64,000 nucleotides of DNA, from assembly GCA_963677495.2 (NCBI GenBank), contig CAXXOU010000002.1, forward strand, positions 96,001-160,000. Direction: 5' to 3'. The position numbers and the translations under genes were made by a program. Source of the DNA: Candidatus Cloacimonadales bacterium (GTDB taxonomy: Bacteria > Cloacimonadota > Cloacimonadia > Cloacimonadales > JAFGVF01). Of this stretch, positions 48,816 through 59,120 are shown piece by piece; position 1 is the first letter of the stretch, and every line of letters begins with the position of its first letter. The notes under the pieces are model-generated. The model saw only the letters and a list, made by a program, of their open reading frames with translations. It searched no databases and was not told where the DNA came from.

Positions 48816-49883
48816 ATGCATATATTTAGATCAGATCTTATGGATAAGAAACCAGTTACAGTTAATGTGCCACATAAAGAGATAATGATGTGTCTGAATG
48901 AAAGCACGCTAAATCCATTTAAAACTTTAAGAGAGGAGCTTTTACATAACTTAGAGCAGGTAGAGTTAAACAGATACTATCAATCAGTCACTGAGAAACT
49001 AACCGAAGCTTTGGTGGATTATGTAGGACATGGATTAACAGCAAATAACATTTTCTGGGGGAATGGGGCTGACGAGATGCTATACTACCTTTTTGTAGCA
49101 GTTAGAGAGGATAGTAATTCTTTCGTACTTTCTTTGTCTCCATCATATTTTGACTACAAAAGCTATTCGGGTGCAGTTGGACTTGGAATTAAGTTCATTA
49201 GTTTAAACAATGAGTTCGACTTCGATGTTGATGAATACATAAACCAGCTGAAAGATGATAACTGTAAATTAGGGATACTCTGTAATCCTAACAACCCAAC
49301 AGGTAATACTCTAAGCATGAACAAGATTCACAAGATAATCCAATCTACTGACAAACCGATTGTAGTTGATGAGACCTATTTCGAGTTTTCAAAAGTGACT
49401 TTGGCTGATTATCTGGATAAGTATCCTAATCTCCTACTTGTTCGCTCCTTCTCTAAAGCTTTTTCCGGAGCTGGACTTAGATTTGGTTATCTGCTTTCAA
49501 ATAGTTATAACATTGAGCAGATTAAGAAAGTTCAGACAGTTTTTAATAGCAGTCTTCTCATTCAAACAATGGTGCTGACTATGCTCGAGAACAAAGATGT
49601 TCTACTTAAACACACTGAAAAGGTTATCGCACAAAGAGAATGGCTTTATAAGGAAATGCAAAAACTGGAAGGAGTTGTTGTCTATAAATCTTCTACAAAC
49701 TTTCTAACATTTTCATTAGGTGAAAGCTCATTGAATTTCTTCGATTACTTACAGGATAATCAAATAGCTATTCGGAATGTCGGAGCACATCCTATCTTAA
49801 AAGACTGTTTAAGAGTTACAGTTAGTGATAAAGCACATAATTCTAGTTTCTTGAATCATCTTAAAAGGTTTTTGGAGTTGTAA
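48816..49883 (+). CDS. hisC: Histidinol-phosphate aminotransferase family (PLP class I/II)
   Basis: LNES, GNGADE, CNPNNPTG, VDETYFEF, RSFSKAFSGAGLRFGY. Confidence 0.8.
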   Translation: MHIFRSDLMDKKPVTVNVPHKEIMMCLNESTLNPFKTLREELLHNLEQVELNRYYQSVTEKLTEALVDYVGHGLTANNIFWGNGADEMLYYLFVAVREDSNSFVLSLSPSYFDYKSYSGAVGLGIKFISLNNEFDFDVDEYINQLKDDNCKLGILCNPNNPTGNTLSMNKIHKIIQSTDKPIVVDETYFEFSKVTLADYLDKYPNLLLVRSFSKAFSGAGLRFGYLLSNSYNIEQIKKVQTVFNSSLLIQTMVLTMLENKDVLLKHTEKVIAQREWLYKEMQKLEGVVVYKSSTNFLTFSLGESSLNFFDYLQDNQIAIRNVGAHPILKDCLRVTVSDKAHNSSFLNHLKRFLEL

Positions 49884-49884
49884 C

Positions 49885-50649
49885 ATGAAAGAGAGAATAG
49901 AGCAGATAATCAGGGATGCAGGTCAGATAATAAAGGATAACTTCTATCTTGAGAAGAATATTACTACTAAATCTACAGGTATAGACCTGGTAACAGATAT
50001 TGATAAAAAAGTTGAGCTATATCTTAAGGATAAACTATCAATGGTTATTCCGGGGTCATCTTTCTGGGCTGAAGAGACAGATAACAAGTACACTGAAGCT
50101 GAATACTTGTGGATTATTGATCCCATCGATGGTACAACGAACTTCGTACATAGATTCCCATTTGTAGCAATTTCAGTAGCTCTACAACACAATGGCGTTA
50201 CAATACTTGGATTTGTTTACAATCCTATCATGAATGAGTTTTTCATCGCAGAAAAGGGAAGTGGTGCTTTCTTGAATGGAGATAGGATAGAGGTAGCAAA
50301 AGAGACAGAATTAAAGGCTTCTCTTGTTGCAACAGGTTTTCCTTATGACTACAATGCTGTTCCCAACAATATGAGACATTTTGATGTGATGATGGAGCAG
50401 GTGCAAGGAATCAGACGTCCCGGTTCAGCAGCACTTGATCTATGCCATACTGCTAATGGCCTGTTTAATGGTTATTGGGAGTTTCACTTACAACCTTGGG
50501 ACATGGCTGCTGGTATTCTGATTGTAGAGGAAGCAGGTGGTATAGTTCTCAATACAGAAGGAAAAGAACACACTCTAACTGATAAAGGCTTAATTTGTGG
50601 GAATAAGCAGATAGTTGGGAAGATGTTAGCTGTGTTTAAACAGGTGTAA
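49885..50649 (+). CDS. suhB: Inositol monophosphatase family protein
   Basis: DLVT..D, WIIDPIDGTTNF, GSAALDL, WDMAAG. Confidence 0.85.
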   Translation: MKERIEQIIRDAGQIIKDNFYLEKNITTKSTGIDLVTDIDKKVELYLKDKLSMVIPGSSFWAEETDNKYTEAEYLWIIDPIDGTTNFVHRFPFVAISVALQHNGVTILGFVYNPIMNEFFIAEKGSGAFLNGDRIEVAKETELKASLVATGFPYDYNAVPNNMRHFDVMMEQVQGIRRPGSAALDLCHTANGLFNGYWEFHLQPWDMAAGILIVEEAGGIVLNTEGKEHTLTDKGLICGNKQIVGKMLAVFKQV

Positions 50650-50691
50650 AAACAAACTTTTCCAATTTTCCTCGTCCCACATTCGTAGCAA

Positions 50692-50942
50692 TGCTACTCA
50701 CTACGGTGCAAGTTCAAATTGTCATATTGATTGAGTGATGTACACAGTGCCAATTGCAATAACTTACCGCATTTCAGGGAGTTTGTCAGCCTGATAAGGC
50801 AACGGACTTCCTAAAATGCACTCCAAGTCGCAATTCATGAACTTCTATTCTCGCCCCAAGAACCTACGCTTATCAGCTACGGCTTCTCAGGCACTTCGGT
50901 GCGGTGCTACTCACTACGGTGCAAGTTCATTTTGTCATACTG
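50692..50942. repeat. Direct repeat of a 25-mer in REP-rich intergenic DNA
   Basis: TGCTACTCACTACGGTGCAAGTTCA at 50692 and 50905, each followed by TTGTCATA(T/C)TGA. Confidence 0.8.
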
Positions 50943-51129
50943 AACGTAGTGAGTTTTGCGAGCGTAGCTGAAGGAACTCTCCGATAGCTTTAGTTTCACA
51001 ACTAAGAAGAGCATGTTCCTAAAGATAAGTCAATACTCCAAACGTTAATCCACTAAAGTCATCTGAGCGACCCTTATGTCAATGGCATTTTAAATTGGTA
51101 CAGTTTGGCATTTAAAAATGGTACAGTCT

Positions 51130-51861
51130 TCATTTTTGAAAATTCCTTAGTCTAAAGCTGTCTCCGAGCATTGTAATTGGTTGTGAGTGATGGAGTAATC
51201 TATCAAGAATAGCAGTTGCTATCACATTGTCGTTAAAAATAGCTCCCCATTCATTAAACAACCTATTCGATGTTATGATTACTGATCTAAATTCGTATAA
51301 GAGATGGATGAGTCTAAAGAACAGATTAGCTGCCTTTGTCTGGAGAGGAAGATACCCCATCTCATCTATAACTATCAGATCATTCTTGGCTATATTGCTT
51401 AGATATTTATCTATGTTGTTATCTGCTTCAGCTAGTACAAGTTCTTCGATAAGGTTGTTCAGATTATAAAACACCACCTTATATCCTGCCTTTATTGCTT
51501 CATAACTGAGTGCTGTTGCAACATGAGTCTTACCTACTCCCGGAGGTCCCATTAAAATTATATTCCTCCTCTGCTCCAGCCAGACAAAGTTCTTCCACTC
51601 CTTTACTTGTCTTTTGGTTATTACTTGTTGATAAGCATAGTCGAACTCATCAAAGGTCTTTATTACCGGGATGTGAGCCTGTTTAAGTCTTCTGTTGATA
51701 TTGGTTTGATTCCTTCCTGAGTTCTCTTTTTCAAATAGATAATGTACGAACTCCAGATAAGTCATATTCTGTTTCTCTGCTTCTAAAACTGCACTTTCAA
51801 GAGTATTCAAAATATGAGTACAACGAGCCCTTTTGATGTATGTTTTAGTTATCTCTATCAT
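51130..51861 (-). CDS. istB: IS21 helper ATPase IstB
   Basis: GPPGVGKTH, IDEMGY, ILDRLLHH. Confidence 0.95.
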   Translation of the reverse strand: MIEITKTYIKRARCTHILNTLESAVLEAEKQNMTYLEFVHYLFEKENSGRNQTNINRRLKQAHIPVIKTFDEFDYAYQQVITKRQVKEWKNFVWLEQRRNIILMGPPGVGKTHVATALSYEAIKAGYKVVFYNLNNLIEELVLAEADNNIDKYLSNIAKNDLIVIDEMGYLPLQTKAANLFFRLIHLLYEFRSVIITSNRLFNEWGAIFNDNVIATAILDRLLHHSQPITMLGDSFRLRNFQK

Positions 51862-51862
51862 C

Positions 51863-53395
51863 TTATAACACCTTCATGTAGTCATCTAATGAGCGCTCTA
51901 TTAATGAACTCTCTGAGTCTTGTTGTGGTTCTGATTCTGATAATTCATTTAGCTTCATTTGTCTTACTTTTGCATTCAGAAGCTTCTCTATGGCTGTTGC
52001 CTTTACATGCGAAAGAGTCATTACCTCAGGAAGCACTGACTCCCATACATCTGTTTCATAGTTACGCTTAAACTTGCTTAAGGCTCTCAACTGATCCCTT
52101 GCTATTTTAGGGTTATCATTAACAAGCCTCTGGATTAGTTCTTCTCCTTGGATATATTCACTCATCTCATCCTTTACTCGCTCAATAAGCTCTTGTAGCA
52201 CTACCGTAAAATCCCGATAATGATTAGTGTTTTTGATGATTTTGCCTTTTTCTGTGCATAGCTCATGTTGGCAGATTTCCTTTCTTGTATAAATATCCAT
52301 CACCACTAAAGTGCTCTTTTCTTTTTGCACATATACCTGTTTTCGCTGATACTCTAATGGAACAGAGTACTTATTACCCTCATACGAGATTAAGCCTGTT
52401 TTATCTGCATTACGAACTTCTAAAGTGAAGATAAACTCTGGAATATCTTTTAGCTTTAACCTCTCTTCTTGCCATACTTCTGATGGTACTTTACGGGTTG
52501 TGCCATGGGTTCTGCCGTTAAAGTGTAAAAGCCACTCAAGTCCGCGTGAACGCAGGTCTGCCAGGTCTTTGAACTCTTTGCCATACATAAAGCCATGCTT
52601 TACTTCTGAGACATTACGCTCTACTTTACCCTTGCTTTGTGGATCATAGCCTTCGCATACATGAGGATGAAAGCCCGTTTTTGCTGCAAACTGATGGAAC
52701 TGATTATTTAAGATTACTTCCCGATAGCGTTCCTGTATTACTACAAGCTTTGTCTGGTCGTAAACACACTCTGAAGGGATACCTTCAAAATAGATAAAAG
52801 CTTCACGATGAGCTTCAATAAACCTTGATGTGTTATATGGTGTTGTGCTCCAATGGACATAGCTTTGACGCGAGTGGGAAAGCACAAAAACTATAAAATA
52901 AACTCTTTGACGTTTATTACCCAAAACTACTTTCATCTCACCTGGATCAACTTGAACCTGAACACCGGGAGCCGTCTCGATTACTGCATAATTACGGTAT
53001 TTATCGACAGGATAAGTCTGCTTTAGCTTACGAACAAAATCTCGGAAAGCTCTGTCTTTTGCTTTTATCTCAGGGAACTTTTTCTTAACTTCTAAATATA
53101 GTACACTAGCTCTTAATCGTGGATATTTGCTAAGCCTTTCGCGGACATATTGCTCACATATGGCAAAACTGCTTTCACGAATGCTATTGTTTATTAGTTC
53201 CATGAACTCATCAAGTGTCATATTTATGTATTTACCTACTGTTGTCTTTGATAGAGACAACTCCTCTGCGATCTTACGCTGACTATGCCCTTGCTTATGC
53301 ATAGTTTTTATTGAATGATACACTTCTACTCCAATCATACCTACTCCAAACTGTCTTGAAGTAGTCATTTTTAAAGGTTGGCAGTTTTGTACCAC
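51863..53395 (-). CDS. istA: IS21 transposase IstA
   Basis: HTH, ETAPGVQVQVD, YDQ, KGKVER; the real start may be the downstream MIGVEV. Confidence 0.95.
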   Translation of the reverse strand: MVQNCQPLKMTTSRQFGVGMIGVEVYHSIKTMHKQGHSQRKIAEELSLSKTTVGKYINMTLDEFMELINNSIRESSFAICEQYVRERLSKYPRLRASVLYLEVKKKFPEIKAKDRAFRDFVRKLKQTYPVDKYRNYAVIETAPGVQVQVDPGEMKVVLGNKRQRVYFIVFVLSHSRQSYVHWSTTPYNTSRFIEAHREAFIYFEGIPSECVYDQTKLVVIQERYREVILNNQFHQFAAKTGFHPHVCEGYDPQSKGKVERNVSEVKHGFMYGKEFKDLADLRSRGLEWLLHFNGRTHGTTRKVPSEVWQEERLKLKDIPEFIFTLEVRNADKTGLISYEGNKYSVPLEYQRKQVYVQKEKSTLVVMDIYTRKEICQHELCTEKGKIIKNTNHYRDFTVVLQELIERVKDEMSEYIQGEELIQRLVNDNPKIARDQLRALSKFKRNYETDVWESVLPEVMTLSHVKATAIEKLLNAKVRQMKLNELSESEPQQDSESSLIERSLDDYMKVL

Positions 53396-53507
53396 TTTTC
53401 ACTGCCATCGTGTACCATTTCTCACTGCCATTGACAACCCTTACGACTTCATTCACTCCATTCCATGTCGTTCATTCCGCTCAGGGTGACATCACTAGAA
53501 AAATATT

Positions 53508-53686
53508 CACAGTGCCATTACCAATAACTTAGCTATACTTATTGTCCTTTTTACTCCCTTTTACTGCTCTTTTCACCAACGCGCTGTACACGCACTGTGA
53601 TCCCACTGTGAAGGCACTGCCAACCCACTGTTTCACTGGGTTCACAGTGCGTGCACAGTGGGAAAGCAGTGGGATGATTGCGTTTT
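53508..53686. repeat. About 180-bp dispersed repeat with 11-bp-phased CACTG/CAGTG palindrome (copy 2)
   Basis: Near-identical to 8504-8682, same orientation. Confidence 0.9.
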
Positions 53687-53906
53687 GATAGACAGTTTAA
53701 TCCAATTGTGCAGATGTTGTAAAATTGAGAAATTGTGACTATAACATTGCGATACCAAAGCCAGAGAAGTAATCCCATAATAGAGATAACATTCAGCAAA
53801 ATGACGCTTAATTGTTTGATACTATGGAAATTATTAGATACATCTAACATTAATATTGGTTATTAGACAATTCCAACTATAATATGGAAAATATTTGGAG
53901 GAAATA

Positions 53907-55886
53907 ATGCTGAATAAGAAAATATATATACTTACAATTACAGTACTTGCGCTCCTATTTCTTATAGGTTGTGACGATAGTACTACCGGTCCTGACTATG
54001 ATTATATGGATATCACTGCAGCCAATGCAGTAGATCTGATAAATAGTAATCCTGAATTAATAATAATTGATGTTTCAAACATGTGGAATCTTGGACACCT
54101 ACCAGGTGCTCTGAATTATCCTTTAGGTGATGGTAGCTTTGAAGCTGAAATCCCTAACTGGGATCCTATGGCTATGTATTTAATTTACTGCCACTCTGAT
54201 GCTGCTGCAATAGCTGCTGCTGAGATGCTTGAAGATGAAGATTTTAAACATGTCTATCGCCTGGTTGGTAACTTTGGAGGTTGGGTAGATTCCGGTTATC
54301 CAATCGAAGTAGCTGACTATATGGATATCACACCTGCTAACGCTCAAACTTTAATAAACGATAATCCCGGGATCTTCATAATTGATGTATCCAATATGTG
54401 GGAATATGGTCATATCCCAGGAGCTTTGGATGTCCCTTTAGGAGATGATAGTTTTGAGAATGCTATTCCTACATGGGATTCAATGGCTATGTATCTTGTA
54501 TATTGTCATACAGATGCAGCGTCAATGTCTGCTGCTCAAATGCTTACAGATGCAGATTTCCCACACGTTTATCGTTTAGAGGGAAATTACGGTGCTTGGG
54601 TTGGTGCAGGTTATCCCATCGAAGTAGAAGCATATAGAGATATTGCTCCAGCTGATGCGCAGACTTTGATAAACGATAATCCCGGAATCTTCATAATTGA
54701 TGTATCCAATATGTGGGAATATGGTCATATCCCCGGAGCTTTAGATGTTCCATTAGGAGATGACAGCTTTGAGAATGCTATTCCTACATGGGATTCAATG
54801 GCTATGTACCTTGTATATTGTCATACAGATGCAGCGTCAATGTCAGCAGCCCAAATGCTTGTTGATGCTAACTTCCCCCATGTATATCGTCTTGAAGGAA
54901 ATTACGGTGCTTGGGTTGGTGCAGGTTATCCAATCGAAGTAGAAGCATATAGAGATATTGCTCCTGCTGATGCACAGACCTTGATTAATGATAACCCGGA
55001 TATATTCATTATTGATGTTTCAAACATGTGGGAATATGGTCATATCCCCGGAGCTTTAGATGTTCCATTAGGAGATGATAGTTTTGAGAATGCTATTCCT
55101 ACATGGGATTCAATGGCTATGTACCTTGTATATTGTCATACAGATGCAGCGTCAATGTCAGCAGCCCAAATGCTTGTTGATGCTAACTTCCCCCATGTAT
55201 ATCGTCTTGAAGGAAATTACGGTGCTTGGGTTGGTGCAGGTTATCCAATCGAAGTAGAAGCATATAGAGATATTGCTCCTGCTGATGCACAGACCTTGAT
55301 TAATGATAACCCGGATATATTCATTATTGATGTTTCAAACATGTGGGAATATGGTCATATCCCCGGAGCTTTAGATGTTCCATTAGGAGATGATAGTTTT
55401 GAGAATGCTATTCCTACATGGGATTCAATGGCTATGTACCTTGTATATTGTCATACAGATGCAGCGTCAATGTCAGCAGCCCAAATGCTTGTTGATGCTA
55501 ACTTCCCTCATGTTTATCGTCTTGAAGGGAACTACGGTGCTTGGGTTGATACAGGCTATCCAATCGAAGTAAAAGCATATAGGGACATTACAGCAGAAGA
55601 GCTTTATCAGATGTCTATGGATAACTCAGAATTAGTAATCATAGATGTTTCTCCTATGTATGATCAAGGTCATATTCCAGGAGCAATAAACTATTATGTG
55701 GGTGACGGTTCACTTGATAATGCAATTCCTATGTTAGATTCAGCCGGTTATTATGCAGTATACTGCCATACAGATTCAGCTTCGATGCTGGGTGCACAAA
55801 AACTTATTGATGCAGGATTCATACATGTTTACCGTCTTGAAGGAAACTATGATGCCTGGGTTAATGCAGGTTATCCAGTCGAGTAA
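53907..55886 (+). CDS. Lipoprotein with six tandem rhodanese-like domains
   Basis: Lipobox LIGC; six IIDVS..GH(I/L)PGA..YCH(S/T)D..VYRL.GN..W...GYP units; 315-bp DNA repeats. Confidence 0.9.
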   Translation: MLNKKIYILTITVLALLFLIGCDDSTTGPDYDYMDITAANAVDLINSNPELIIIDVSNMWNLGHLPGALNYPLGDGSFEAEIPNWDPMAMYLIYCHSDAAAIAAAEMLEDEDFKHVYRLVGNFGGWVDSGYPIEVADYMDITPANAQTLINDNPGIFIIDVSNMWEYGHIPGALDVPLGDDSFENAIPTWDSMAMYLVYCHTDAASMSAAQMLTDADFPHVYRLEGNYGAWVGAGYPIEVEAYRDIAPADAQTLINDNPGIFIIDVSNMWEYGHIPGALDVPLGDDSFENAIPTWDSMAMYLVYCHTDAASMSAAQMLVDANFPHVYRLEGNYGAWVGAGYPIEVEAYRDIAPADAQTLINDNPDIFIIDVSNMWEYGHIPGALDVPLGDDSFENAIPTWDSMAMYLVYCHTDAASMSAAQMLVDANFPHVYRLEGNYGAWVGAGYPIEVEAYRDIAPADAQTLINDNPDIFIIDVSNMWEYGHIPGALDVPLGDDSFENAIPTWDSMAMYLVYCHTDAASMSAAQMLVDANFPHVYRLEGNYGAWVDTGYPIEVKAYRDITAEELYQMSMDNSELVIIDVSPMYDQGHIPGAINYYVGDGSLDNAIPMLDSAGYYAVYCHTDSASMLGAQKLIDAGFIHVYRLEGNYDAWVNAGYPVE

Positions 55887-55903
55887 ACAAAAGTAATAAG
55901 TTA

Positions 55904-55938
55904 AAAAACTCTGGTTTACGCCAGAGTTTTTTTTTTTT
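55904..55938 (+). terminator. Terminator
   Basis: AAAAAACTCTGG-tttacg-CCAGAG plus long T-run. Confidence 0.85.
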
Positions 55939-55998
55939 AGTTGAGTTTATAGATCTAGGATATATCTAGACTTAAGATTGGATCTAAACAGTTACATT

Positions 55999-56081
55999 AC
56001 CACGCAACATCCACGGGTAAACCACGCCTAAACCACGCAAGCCGTGGTTAACCCGTGGTTTGGGCGTGGTCAACCCGTGGT
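55999..56081. repeat. 11-bp-phased palindromic element (CCACG x4 -> CGTGG x4)
   Basis: CCACG at 56000,56011,56022,56033; CGTGG at 56043,56054,56065,56076. Confidence 0.9.
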
Positions 56082-56376
56082 AAAGAATCTAATTGATACT
56101 TCATAGAACACAGTTTATCAGAATACATCAAAGACCTTAGATTTTTTATGAGTTTCAACAATACATAGTTATTGACATAAGATGACTAGGGGAGAATATT
56201 AACTTATAAAGTTTGTGGGGAGACTGATAAGCAATTTCAGTTTCGCACAATTAAGTTAGTATTTATTACTGGGAAATCTATCTTCAAAATCAGGGGATAA
56301 TTATTACTTATCATTGAAGTACAACAAAGCAGATTACATCTATTATCGTAATCTGTTTACAGATTAGAGGTTCCTT

Positions 56377-57399
56377 ATGAAAAAAACAATACTTATCCTT
56401 CTTCTTATACTATTATCGTTCTCGATTTTTGCTGAAATCATCACACAAGAGTTCTATTCAATACCTAACAAAGATGGGCAACTATTTCATCATTACTTAA
56501 GTGGAAACATCATGCCAAGAATCACGGCAGCAGACGCAAGAATAGGTGATGAATATGATAGCTTTGCTGGCACAAGAGCTTGTAGTAGAGCATTCCTTAG
56601 CTATCCAATACCTGCCAATTGTGACTCCCTTTTAGCAGAGGGGTATGCTTTAACTCATGCTGAGATGAGAGTGTTTATTGGTAGTTCAACCGGAAACAAT
56701 TTAGTCCCACACACTTACCCAATCTATGATGGGAATGAACCCGGAGTGAGTGAATTTACCACCTATATCGAGAGAGTAGCACTTGGAGATTCACTTGTAA
56801 TAGAGGATTGGGATACACCTGCACTTAGTAGCCCTTATGTATGGCTTACTGAAGAGACATTTGTCGATACTGTTTGCTTAATAGATAGTGTCTACTACAC
56901 ATATTTCGATGCAACACAAGAAGTACTCAATACGATAGAAGAGGATAGAGAAGTACTTTCCTTAAGAATCAGACTGTATCCTGATGCAGATTATGATGAG
57001 TTCACGGATGCTATGGAGATTAATACAGGAGATTTGTTTAATATAATCTTGGAATATCAAGATTGGAGTTTAATCGGAAGAGTTCCTAAGATAACCTATA
57101 CTTTTGATAATAATCCTCAAAGCAATGAGGAGTTAACCCAACCGGATATTAGTTTATATAACCAATATCCTAATCCCTTCAATCAACAAATCAACTTCAA
57201 AAGCAAGGAGAATGGTAAACTTCAAATCTTCAATATCAAGGGCCAGTTAGTTAAGACACTGACAATCACACCAAATGTAGAAATCAAATGGGATGGAAAA
57301 GATGAAAAAGGAAGCCCAATACCTGTAGGAGTTTATCTTTCCCGTCTTACAACAGAGAGTATCATAACTAAACCCCGGAAGTTCCTCTTCTGGAAATAG
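56377..57399 (+). CDS. Secreted protein with FlgD-Ig/T9SS-like C-terminal domain
   Basis: Signal peptide; YPNPFN..IFNIKGQLV..WDGKD..GVY. Confidence 0.75.
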   Translation: MKKTILILLLILLSFSIFAEIITQEFYSIPNKDGQLFHHYLSGNIMPRITAADARIGDEYDSFAGTRACSRAFLSYPIPANCDSLLAEGYALTHAEMRVFIGSSTGNNLVPHTYPIYDGNEPGVSEFTTYIERVALGDSLVIEDWDTPALSSPYVWLTEETFVDTVCLIDSVYYTYFDATQEVLNTIEEDREVLSLRIRLYPDADYDEFTDAMEINTGDLFNIILEYQDWSLIGRVPKITYTFDNNPQSNEELTQPDISLYNQYPNPFNQQINFKSKENGKLQIFNIKGQLVKTLTITPNVEIKWDGKDEKGSPIPVGVYLSRLTTESIITKPRKFLFWK

Positions 57400-57407
57400 T
57401 TAAAAAT

Positions 57408-58521
57408 CTGTACCTTCGTAATGGTTGAGTTTACGAATCCTTCCGAATGGTGCAAATCGGAGAAACTGACGGTTATGCGACATGAGTACCATTGAGAAGG
57501 TCTACGACCATTATCAAGGTAGAAAACTGTACCTTCGTAATGGTTGAGTTTACGAATCCTTCCGAATGGTGCAAATCGGAGAAACTGACGGTTATGCGAC
57601 ATGAGTACCATTGAGAAGGTCTACGACCATTATCAAGGTAGAAAACTGTACCTTCGTAATGGTTGAGTTTACGAATCCTTCCGAATGGTGCAAATCGGAG
57701 AGATTGACAGTTGTGTGACAAGAGTACCATTGAGAAGGTCTATGACCATTATCAAGGTAGAAAACTGTACCTTCGTAATGGTTGAGTTTACGAATCCTTC
57801 CGAATGGTGCAAATCGGAGAAACTGACGGTTATGCGACATGAGTACCATTGAGAAGGTCTATGACCATTATCAAGGTAGAAAACTGTACCTTCGTAATGG
57901 TTGAGTTTACGAATCCTTCCGAATGGTGCAAATCGGAGAAACTGACGGTTATGCGACATGAGTACCATTGAGAAGGTCTATGACCATTATCAAGGTAGAA
58001 AACTGTACTTTCGTAATGGCTGAGTTTACGATTCCTTCTGAATGTTGCAACTTAGAGGGATTAACGGTTATGTGACAAGAGTACCATTGAGAAGGTCTAC
58101 GACCATTATCAAGGTAGAAAACTGTACCTTCGTAATGGTTGAGTTTACGAATCCTTCCGAATGGTGCAAATCGGAGAAACTGACGGTTATGCGACATGAG
58201 TACCATTGAGAAGGTCTACGACCATTATCAAGGTAGAAAACTGTACCTTCGTAATGGTTGAGTTTACGAATCCTTCCGAATGGTGCAAATCGGAGAAACT
58301 GACGGTTATGCGACATGAGTACCATTGAGAAGGTCTACGACCATTATCAAGGTAGAAAACTGTACTTTCGTAATGGTTGAGCTTGCGAATCCTTCCGAAT
58401 GGTGCAACTCGGAGAGATTGACAGTTGTGTGACAAGAGTACCATTGAGAAGGTCTATGACCATTATCAAGGTAGAAAACTTGGAGGAATTGACTGTTGTG
58501 TGTAAATAGCACCATTGAGAA
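57408..58521. repeat. Tandem array of nine 119-bp REPIN-like units plus degenerate partial unit
   Basis: Unit starts 57408,57527,57646,57765,57884,58003,58122,58241,58360; each unit = 2x (A/T)CCTT-N4-ATGGT then 2x ACCAT-N4-AAGGT. Confidence 0.95.
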
Positions 58522-58526
58522 TACAG

Positions 58527-59045
58527 TTAATACTCTAAGCCTTCAGATTCTTTACCAGATTTGTAAAATCTAAAACTCTCTAAATAAGCATCAAAAGATC
58601 CATAATAGTCCACATAATACTTATTAAATACAAATGAATTATTAGTTAGAGCTAAAGATGAGAATTGCTTTAAATAGAGACTTTTAGGATTAGAATGTAT
58701 GTAGTTAATAACAGTATCTAAATATGTATTACCTTTAATCTCTTTAAGTTTCATCGCACTTTCAAATAGAGTCCCGATTCGTTTATGTCTTGCATTATAG
58801 TACTGAGAATATGTATTAAATATATAACGGAACCACTTAAAAATAAGCTTATCGCTGTTTTGTTGGACTAAGAAATGATAATGATTGGGCATGAGAGCAA
58901 ATGCAATAATATTAACATAATCAGGATACTTTGATTCTCTGATAACTGATAAAAGCTTATTGTAATCATAGCTATCTATAAATATTTTTCCTTTGTTACA
59001 ACCTCTATTGAATACATGATAGTACAAGTTCTTCTCCGTAATCAT
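58527..59045 (-). CDS. REP-associated tyrosine transposase (RAYT-like, Y1 HUH)
   Basis: YYHVFNRG, AFALMPNHYH (HUH), YYNARHKRIGTLFE, catalytic Tyr YIHSNP; SD GGAGG. Confidence 0.85.
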   Translation of the reverse strand: MITEKNLYYHVFNRGCNKGKIFIDSYDYNKLLSVIRESKYPDYVNIIAFALMPNHYHFLVQQNSDKLIFKWFRYIFNTYSQYYNARHKRIGTLFESAMKLKEIKGNTYLDTVINYIHSNPKSLYLKQFSSLALTNNSFVFNKYYVDYYGSFDAYLESFRFYKSGKESEGLEY

Positions 59046-59120
59046 TTATCCTCCATGAAATAACATGATTCTCGCAATTATAGTGAATGTCAATAAATAA
59101 TGTAATTGATAACCGTTTGT

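Larger units (their letters stand above)
51077..53436 (-). mobile_element. IS21-family insertion sequence with 7-bp target duplication
   Basis: Ends TGTCAATGGCA...TGCCATTGACA with internal repeated TGGTACA motifs; ACCCTTA at 51070-51076 and 53437-53443. Confidence 0.95.

Noticed and set aside
57408..58478. CRISPR or guide-RNA array interpretation of the 119-bp repeats
   Set aside because: No unique spacers (six of nine units are essentially identical), the unit is too long, and no cas genes are in the window.
57333..58515. Series of 69-99 aa minus-strand ORFs
   Set aside because: By-products of a 119-bp (non-triplet) repeat cycling through frames; no SD or protein-like features.
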